64,000 bases of DNA from Parcubacteria group bacterium. GTDB taxonomy: Bacteria > Patescibacteriota > Minisyncoccia > Phycocordibacterales > CSBR16-119. Shown here in pieces: positions 57,706 through 64,000 of this stretch; positions within the stretch are counted from its first letter, which is position 1; each line of letters opens with the position of its first letter. The notes below the pieces were generated by a model. It did not search any database. It worked only from the letters and a program-made list of their open reading frames with translations, and had not been told where the DNA came from. The position numbers were made by a program, and so were the translations under genes. The stretch lies in assembly GCA_943356745.1 (NCBI GenBank), contig CALRFT010000002.1, forward strand, positions 7,124 to 71,123, written 5' to 3'.

Positions 57706-58947
57706 TTATTTTTTATAATACCTCTTCATAAACTCATCTTTAAATTCATGGAATGTATCATTCAAAATTGATTCTCGAATCTTTTTTACAAGAGAGATAA
57801 TGAAATAAAGATTGTGAACAGATGCAAGTGTCCCACCAAGACTCTCTCCTGCTCGAAACAGATGACAGAGATAGCTTTTTGTAAAACGTTGTGAGGTATA
57901 TGAAGGAATTTCAGGATCAATCGGTGAAAAATCTTCTTTGTATTTTGCATTTGAAATGTGAACTGGACCATCCATGGTGTATACAATCCCATGTCTTGCA
58001 ACACGTGTCGGTGACACACAGTCAAAAAGATCACAGCCATTTTCAACTCCATTAAACAAATCCATCGGTTCACCAATTCCGAGCAAGTGACGAGGTTTTC
58101 CTTCTGGAAGATTTTCATTCACCCACTTCACCGCTGTTGCCATATCGTCTTTATCAAAAGATCCTCCAATCCCAAAACCATCAAACTCATGTCCATCTTT
58201 TGTTTTCATTTCTGCCAAAATTTTTGCGGATTCTTTTCGTAAATCTTCATGTCGTCCACCTTGAACAACACCAAAGAGTGCTTGTACATTTTCAGGATCA
58301 AGTTCCCAGTGTTTTTCAAGAGAGCGAAGTGCCCATCGGTGAGTTCTATCCATTGCTTCTTTTTGGTAATCATAACTTGCTTGGGGTGAAGTACATTCAT
58401 CAAAAGCAAAAATCATATCCGCTCCCAAATTCCACTGAATCTCCATAGAGATTTCTGGTGTGAATCTATGCATTGAACCATCACGATGAGATTTGAAAGT
58501 TACACCTTCTTCATCAATTGTAGCGAGTTTCTTTTTGTTTCCTGTTCCTCCATCTTTCACGCTATTCTTTTTTGTTTTTGAAAGTTCAATATCACCTTTT
58601 GCAACCTTTGAAACATTTGATCCAAAGGCGGCACCGAGAGAAAAAACCTGAAAACCTCCAGAGTCAGTCATGGTTGGGCCATGCCAATCCATCATTGGAC
58701 CAAACCCTCCAGCTTTTTTCACAATCTTGTCTCCTGGTTCAAAATACAAGTGGTAAGTATTTGCCAAAACAACCTGCGTTTCAATATCTCGAAGCATTTC
58801 TGGTGTGACACCTTTTACATTTGCCTTTGTTCCCACCACAACAAAAGAAGGAGTCTGAACTTCTCCGTGTGGGGTACTGATTTGGCCGGCGCGCCCAAGC
58901 GCGCCGGCCATTTTCTTTTCAATTGTAAAATTAAAATTGTTCTTCAT
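57706..58947 (-). CDS. tgt: tRNA-guanine transglycosylase
   Basis: ANTYHL, TDSGGFQ, FDEC, VQGG, HLLGIG, FDCVSPTR. Confidence 0.96.
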   Translation of the reverse strand: MKNNFNFTIEKKMAGALGRAGQISTPHGEVQTPSFVVVGTKANVKGVTPEMLRDIETQVVLANTYHLYFEPGDKIVKKAGGFGPMMDWHGPTMTDSGGFQVFSLGAAFGSNVSKVAKGDIELSKTKKNSVKDGGTGNKKKLATIDEEGVTFKSHRDGSMHRFTPEISMEIQWNLGADMIFAFDECTSPQASYDYQKEAMDRTHRWALRSLEKHWELDPENVQALFGVVQGGRHEDLRKESAKILAEMKTKDGHEFDGFGIGGSFDKDDMATAVKWVNENLPEGKPRHLLGIGEPMDLFNGVENGCDLFDCVSPTRVARHGIVYTMDGPVHISNAKYKEDFSPIDPEIPSYTSQRFTKSYLCHLFRAGESLGGTLASVHNLYFIISLVKKIRESILNDTFHEFKDEFMKRYYKK

Positions 58948-59719
58948 ATCCAGGTATTACTTCAACAAATTGAATTTGATTTATATTCACAGCACTTTGC
59001 GCAAAAACAGTTTGCACAGGGTCTGTGGCTTCAAATTGAATTTCTTCTATTGTTCCAAACAAAAGCCCGTTTCGAGCAGGGAGAGAAAGTATATCTCCAA
59101 TAGTAATAGAAATATCTCTTGGAACAGTAAACTTCACCATTCCACCTCCATGACCAACAGCATCAATATATGTAGCAGTTTGATTATGTACTAAAACAGA
59201 AGAAATCTCACTTTCGGTAAACAACTCAACAAAAGAAATATTTTTTCTCACGTCAACAATTTTTCCAAGTGCAACAGTTCCATATCCAACCACCAAATCT
59301 CCTTCCTGAATTCCATCCTGAACCCCAGCATCAATAATCAAAGTATCGTACAGTGTGTAGTTTGGTTTTATCAAAATCGCAGCAGTTTTTGCATTTGAAG
59401 ATGTGCTTACAATATCCTTCAAAGAATTATTTTCTACTTCAAACATTCGAAGTCTCATAATCTCAATATCTTTTTGGCGAAGTTCATTTTCTAAATCTTG
59501 AACCTGTCTTTGCAAATTTCTTTTATCTTTCAATACAAAAGAAAGTGATCCATCTTCATTATTTCCCATACTCCAAAATGCAGATGCAAGTGGATGGAAA
59601 CCGCTGGAAAGCCATCTATAGATTCCAGAAAATCCGAGAATAACCAAAAACACGATCACGAAGAAAGCGAGACCGAGTTTTTTCTGTTCTTTTTTCTTTT
59701 TAGCGGAGTGGAAGTTCAT
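58931..59719 (-). CDS. mreC: Rod shape-determining protein MreC
   Basis: TM, coiled coil ENNSLK, IIDAGVQDGI; overlaps the mreB end. Confidence 0.85.
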   Translation of the reverse strand: MNFHSAKKKKEQKKLGLAFFVIVFLVILGFSGIYRWLSSGFHPLASAFWSMGNNEDGSLSFVLKDKRNLQRQVQDLENELRQKDIEIMRLRMFEVENNSLKDIVSTSSNAKTAAILIKPNYTLYDTLIIDAGVQDGIQEGDLVVGYGTVALGKIVDVRKNISFVELFTESEISSVLVHNQTATYIDAVGHGGGMVKFTVPRDISITIGDILSLPARNGLLFGTIEEIQFEATDPVQTVFAQSAVNINQIQFVEVIPGYEEQF

Positions 59720-60755
59720 CGTCGTTTGAAACTAATACATCTTTATATTTTTCAAAATCTTGCAATATAATCCCTGTACCCCTTGCAACTGCAGTAAGCG
59801 GTTCTTCAGCAACATAAATCGGCATCTTTGAAACCTTTTGAAGAATAATATCAAGACCTCGAATAAGAGACCCTCCTCCAGTCAACACAATTCCTCGTCC
59901 CATAATATCAGACAAAATTTCCGGTGGAGTATTTTCGATTACTTGTCGCACGCCATCAATCAAAACTTTAAGTGAGGGCATAATTGCTTCTCGAATATCA
60001 GAATCTGTTACAACTACTTCTCGAGGAAGTCCCGTCACTAAATCTCGTCCACGAACTGGTGTTTCTATTGGTTCTTCTAGTGGAAGAGCAGAACCAACTT
60101 TTATTTTTACCTCTTCTGCTGTTTTTTCTCCAACTAATATTTTAAACTCATCTCGAAAATAAGAAACAATGTCAGCATTAAGCTTGTCACCTGCCATATT
60201 CAAACTTTTTGATTGAATCACACCAGCGAGAGAGATAACAGCAACATCTGTTGTACCACCTCCAATATCGATAATCATTGAACCTGACGCATCATGAACA
60301 GGAAGTCTGATTCCAATCGCAGCAGCCATTGGTTCTTCCACAATATACACTTCTCGTGCACCAGCAGATTTTGCAGCGTCATATACTGCTCTTGTTTCTA
60401 CATTTGTAATTCCAGATGGAACTCCAACAACAACTCGCGGTCGGAACATTTTCTTCCCCATCTTATCTGCTTTGTTAATGTAGTACGCAAGCATTTCTTC
60501 CGTCACTTCAAAATCTGAAACAACACCTTCCACCAAAGGACGCACTGCTTTTATATGACCCGGTGTTCTACCAATCATTTTTTTTGCCTCTGCGCCAATT
60601 GCAACAATCTGACCTGTTTTTTGATTCACTGCGACAACAGAAGGTTCATTAATCACGATTCCCTTTCCAGACAAATACACCAAAGTATTTGCGGTACCAA
60701 GGTCAATTCCAATGTCGTTTGAAAATGATCGATAAAAGTTTTGTAGAAATTTCAT
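59700..60755 (-). CDS. mreB: Rod shape-determining protein MreB
   Basis: GIDLGTANT, EEPMAAA, DIGGGTT, TGGG. Confidence 0.97.
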   Translation of the reverse strand: MKFLQNFYRSFSNDIGIDLGTANTLVYLSGKGIVINEPSVVAVNQKTGQIVAIGAEAKKMIGRTPGHIKAVRPLVEGVVSDFEVTEEMLAYYINKADKMGKKMFRPRVVVGVPSGITNVETRAVYDAAKSAGAREVYIVEEPMAAAIGIRLPVHDASGSMIIDIGGGTTDVAVISLAGVIQSKSLNMAGDKLNADIVSYFRDEFKILVGEKTAEEVKIKVGSALPLEEPIETPVRGRDLVTGLPREVVVTDSDIREAIMPSLKVLIDGVRQVIENTPPEILSDIMGRGIVLTGGGSLIRGLDIILQKVSKMPIYVAEEPLTAVARGTGIILQDFEKYKDVLVSNDDELPLR

Positions 60756-60761
60756 AATTAA

Positions 60762-61997
60762 TTAAGATATTGTTCTTTGAATTTGTTCGAAAGAGAAAAT
60801 TGAAGAGCTTTGTTCATTTCGTTTTTTATATTCATAACCACCAGCTTCAAGACTTTTTGCAGAAACAACGATTCTATGTGGGATTCCAATCAGATCTGCA
60901 TCTGCAAGCTTTGCTCCCGCAGAAGTATCTCTATCATCAAACAACACTTCAACACCTTGCGCTGTAAGTTTTTTGTATAAATCTTCTGCTTCTTCATTTT
61001 TACCAAGTGAAATAATATGTACTTGAAATGGAGCAACCGATTCTGGCCAGACAATTCCCTTTTCGTCGCTTAAAGTTTCTACGATAGTTCCCATAAGTCT
61101 AGAAATTCCAATTCCATACGATCCCATAAATACTGGGATATTTTTTCCTTCTTCATTTTTATAAGTTAAATCAAATGGCTCAGAAAATTTAAAACCAAGT
61201 GAAAAAATATTTCCAACTTCAATAGATTTTTCCTCCTTGAGAGAATCTTTTGAAACACCCAAATCAGATAAAACTTCATCAGTGAGAACTTCTTTATTGA
61301 TTGCAATATTTTTTGTACTATCAATATAAATGATATCTTCACCAGCATCTGAAAGAGCTTGGAACTCGTGAGAATATTTTGAAAATGTTCCACCAGAAGC
61401 AAAAGTTAGATAAGTTATGCCTCCCAATCCAACACGATTGAAAACATTAATATATGAGTCTGTTATTTTTTTATAAAACTCATTATGTTCATTTTCATCT
61501 TTTGAAAATGAATACAAGGCTTTCCAATGAAACTCTCTCCCTCGCATGATTCCTGATTTTGCCCGAGTTTCATTTCGAAATATTGTTTTAAAATCGTATG
61601 GATATAGTGGTAAATCTTTATATGAACTAATAAACCCTTTCATGAGATTTGAAAAAGCTTCTTCATTTGTAAAAGAAAGTCCTAGCTGTGTTCCATTCTT
61701 AAGTTCTGTCTTAAACCAATTATCTACAACATCATCACTCCATCGATTTGTTTTTTCCCAAACACTTTTTTCTTGAAGCGCAGAAGTTCTCATTTCACTT
61801 CCACCTATAGCATCCATCTCTTCTCGTGTTATCTGTTCAATTTTTTTAAGAACACGAAGTCCGAGCGGAAGATAACTATACACACCAGCAATTTCTTTGG
61901 TGATAAATCCAGCACGAATAAGCAGTTGTGCGTTTTTTGAAACCTCATCAGCTGGAGCTTCTTTTCGAGTCTTGGTGAATAGTTTAGATTGATACAT
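60762..61997 (-). CDS. proS: Proline--tRNA ligase (short, no editing insert)
   Basis: LLIRAGF, FRNETRAKSGIMRGREF, MGSYGIGISR, anticodon domain. Confidence 0.93.
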   Translation of the reverse strand: MYQSKLFTKTRKEAPADEVSKNAQLLIRAGFITKEIAGVYSYLPLGLRVLKKIEQITREEMDAIGGSEMRTSALQEKSVWEKTNRWSDDVVDNWFKTELKNGTQLGLSFTNEEAFSNLMKGFISSYKDLPLYPYDFKTIFRNETRAKSGIMRGREFHWKALYSFSKDENEHNEFYKKITDSYINVFNRVGLGGITYLTFASGGTFSKYSHEFQALSDAGEDIIYIDSTKNIAINKEVLTDEVLSDLGVSKDSLKEEKSIEVGNIFSLGFKFSEPFDLTYKNEEGKNIPVFMGSYGIGISRLMGTIVETLSDEKGIVWPESVAPFQVHIISLGKNEEAEDLYKKLTAQGVEVLFDDRDTSAGAKLADADLIGIPHRIVVSAKSLEAGGYEYKKRNEQSSSIFSFEQIQRTIS

Positions 61998-62116
61998 ACG
62001 AGTTAAATTTAGCCTTAAAATACAAGACAAGTGTACCGTAAATATAAGCTTTGGTCAAAATTGACATGGGAATTGAAAATACTTGAAAAAAAGCAAAAAG
62101 TATAGTAAAGTACAAA

Positions 62117-62256
62117 TGTCTGAATCAACCTCCCTATGGCGGAGGTGCCCAGAGCCACAAGGCGTCGAAACTGGGTCAAACAAGAGATATTGTGACGTAT
62201 GTTCCCTTTTTGGGATCTTACTTCACCATTATAAGTCCTATCTCTCGTGACAGACG
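62117..62256 (+). promoter_or_regulatory. Structured 5' leader of the rpsB-tsf operon
   Basis: TTGAAA-17-TAAAGT promoter (62083-62111) followed by a multibranch fold closed by TGTCTG/CAGACG. Confidence 0.55.
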
Positions 62257-62268
62257 TAAAAAAAACAT

Positions 62269-62943
62269 ATGGATAAACAAACACTCGTAAAAGAACTTAT
62301 CGAACGAGGTGCACATTTTGGTTTTTCAAAATCACGACGACACCCGTCAATGAAGCCTTTTATCTTTACTACAAAAAACAAGACTGATATTTTCGATCTT
62401 GAACGAACAGCAGAAAGACTTGCAACTGCACTTGAGCTTGTAAAAAAAGCAGCAGCTGACAAAAAACAAATTCTTTTTGTTGGAACAAAACCAGAAGCAA
62501 AAATCGTAACTCGAGAAAATGCTGACAGTACAGGAAACCCATTCATCACAGACCGATGGATTGGAGGAACCCTTACAAACTGGAATGAAATTCAAAAACG
62601 AGCAAATCGTCTTGAAACTCTTCGAAAAGAAAAAGAAAACGGAGAACTTAACAAATATACAAAGAAAGAGCGACTAGGTCTTGAACGACTTATGGCAAAG
62701 CTTGATCGATACTTTGGTGGTATTACTATCATGAAAGAACGACCAGCACTTCTTGTTGTTGTTGACCCTAAAAAAGAACATATTGCTATTAAAGAAGCAA
62801 AACAACTTAATATTCCAATTGTTGCAATTGCAAATACAGACTGTGATATTAGTGATCTTTCACTCGCAATTCCTGCAAACGACGCTTCAAAAGCAAGTAT
62901 TGAATACTTCCTCAAGAAGATTACTGCAGAATATAATGCATAA
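62269..62943 (+). CDS. rpsB: 30S ribosomal protein S2
   Basis: GAHFG, LFVGTK, RWIGGTLTN, IPAND. Confidence 0.98.
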   Translation: MDKQTLVKELIERGAHFGFSKSRRHPSMKPFIFTTKNKTDIFDLERTAERLATALELVKKAAADKKQILFVGTKPEAKIVTRENADSTGNPFITDRWIGGTLTNWNEIQKRANRLETLRKEKENGELNKYTKKERLGLERLMAKLDRYFGGITIMKERPALLVVVDPKKEHIAIKEAKQLNIPIVAIANTDCDISDLSLAIPANDASKASIEYFLKKITAEYNA

Positions 62944-62985
62944 ATCTTAGTTTGATTTTTATTATTTAAATGTTCATTTATATCT

Positions 62986-63750
62986 ATGTCTATAGAACTC
63001 ATTAAAGAACTTCGAGACGCTACAGGACTTTCAGTAATGCAATGTAAAAAAGCACTTGAAGAAACAAATGGAGATATTGAAAAAGCTCTTATGCTTCTTA
63101 AGAAAAAGTCTTCTGATGCTGCTACAAAAAAAGCAGACAGAGACACGGGAGCAGGACGAGTTGCTGTTGCTTCTTCTGAAGGAAAAACAGCTGTTATTAC
63201 TTTGTACTGCGAAACAGATTTCGTAGCAAAAAATGACGACTTCGTAGCTCTTGCAAATGATGTTGCAGCATACGCACTCACAAACGGAAAAGAAGTACTT
63301 GAAACAAACGTTACAGAACTTATCAATCCTCTTATCCAAAAGATTGGAGAAAATATGAAGCTTGGACAAGTTGATATCCTCGAAGGAGAAACAATTGGTT
63401 CATACATTCACAACGGAGCAATTGCTGTTGCTGTAAATCTTCAAGGAGGAAATGTTGATCTTGCAAAAGATATTGCAATGCATATTAGTGCAATGAAGCC
63501 AAGTTACCTTACAAAAGAAGATGTTCCAGCTGAAGCTCTCCAAAAAGCAAAAGAAACTTTTGGAAATGAAGTTGATACTTCAAAGCCAGCTGATATTCAA
63601 GAAAAAATTCTACAAGGAAAGATTGATTCATACTTCAAGGAACAAACTTTGATGGAACAAACTTTCATTAAGGATCCTTCAAAATCAATCAAGCAACTCC
63701 TTTCTGAGAAAAATGCGACTCTTACAAACTACGTAATGCATTCTATCTAA
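62986..63750 (+). CDS. tsf: Elongation factor Ts
   Basis: IKELRDATG, CKKAL, CETDFVA, IGEN. Confidence 0.98.
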   Translation: MSIELIKELRDATGLSVMQCKKALEETNGDIEKALMLLKKKSSDAATKKADRDTGAGRVAVASSEGKTAVITLYCETDFVAKNDDFVALANDVAAYALTNGKEVLETNVTELINPLIQKIGENMKLGQVDILEGETIGSYIHNGAIAVAVNLQGGNVDLAKDIAMHISAMKPSYLTKEDVPAEALQKAKETFGNEVDTSKPADIQEKILQGKIDSYFKEQTLMEQTFIKDPSKSIKQLLSEKNATLTNYVMHSI

Positions 63751-63751
63751 C

Positions 63752-63982
63752 ATGTTCCCCTTAGCTACATTTATACTTTCACTTCTTATTCTTCTTGGTA
63801 TGATTATTTACCGAGTAGACGAACTACGTCTCCATGACGATCAGGACGAAATAAAGAATAAATTACCAGAAGTAAAGATTGTAGGTAGCATTAAGCGAGG
63901 AATTGATTCTGTTATCTACTTTGTAGGAATTAGAATCTGGAGACTTATTCGTAAAATCAAGAAAAGATTTCACAAGAAATAA
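63752..63982 (+). CDS. Small membrane protein, hypothetical
   Basis: N-terminal TM; starts 1 nt after the tsf stop. Confidence 0.55.
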   Translation: MFPLATFILSLLILLGMIIYRVDELRLHDDQDEIKNKLPEVKIVGSIKRGIDSVIYFVGIRIWRLIRKIKKRFHKK

Positions 63983-64000
63983 TTGACAGAAACGAGTAAA

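Noticed and set aside
62592-63407. 271-aa minus-strand ORF and other long antisense ORFs over core genes
   Set aside because: Shadow frames of highly biased genes (rpsB/tsf, uvrA, valS) with no independent motifs.
1-64000. Alternative genetic code (UGA=Gly, as in Gracilibacteria/Absconditabacteria)
   Set aside because: Long core genes are uninterrupted under the standard code and use GGA for Gly. The two broken genes are frameshifts, not in-frame TGA.

Overview
AT-rich chromosomal window from a small-genome bacterium. The gene set and style point to Patescibacteria/CPR (Parcubacteria-like): short ValRS, ProRS and UvrC, no Shine-Dalgarno motifs, tRNA genes without CCA, standard genetic code. 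It is mostly housekeeping genes (priA, rpsU, ybeY, ftsA, ftsZ, guaC, trxB, tsaD, valS, lepA, murJ, leuS, uvrA/B/C, typA, tgt, mreB/C, proS, rpsB, tsf) and four tRNAs (Glu, Arg, Phe, Ala), interspersed with ORFans and hairpin elements. The stand-out feature is a 7.8-kb integrative element (10727-18512) inserted at the 3' end of tRNA-Glu and bounded by an 8-bp core, TGTGACCC. It carries a Gabija-like GajA/GajB pair translationally coupled to a HEPN-type gene, a highly structured C4/CI-like antisense RNA in front of a membrane-protein gene, an AAACAG repeat array before a winged-helix protein, and a large serine recombinase. The attP of that recombinase lies inside its own coding sequence, so integration and excision would swap its C-terminal tail. 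All calls come from reading motifs by eye; no searches were run.
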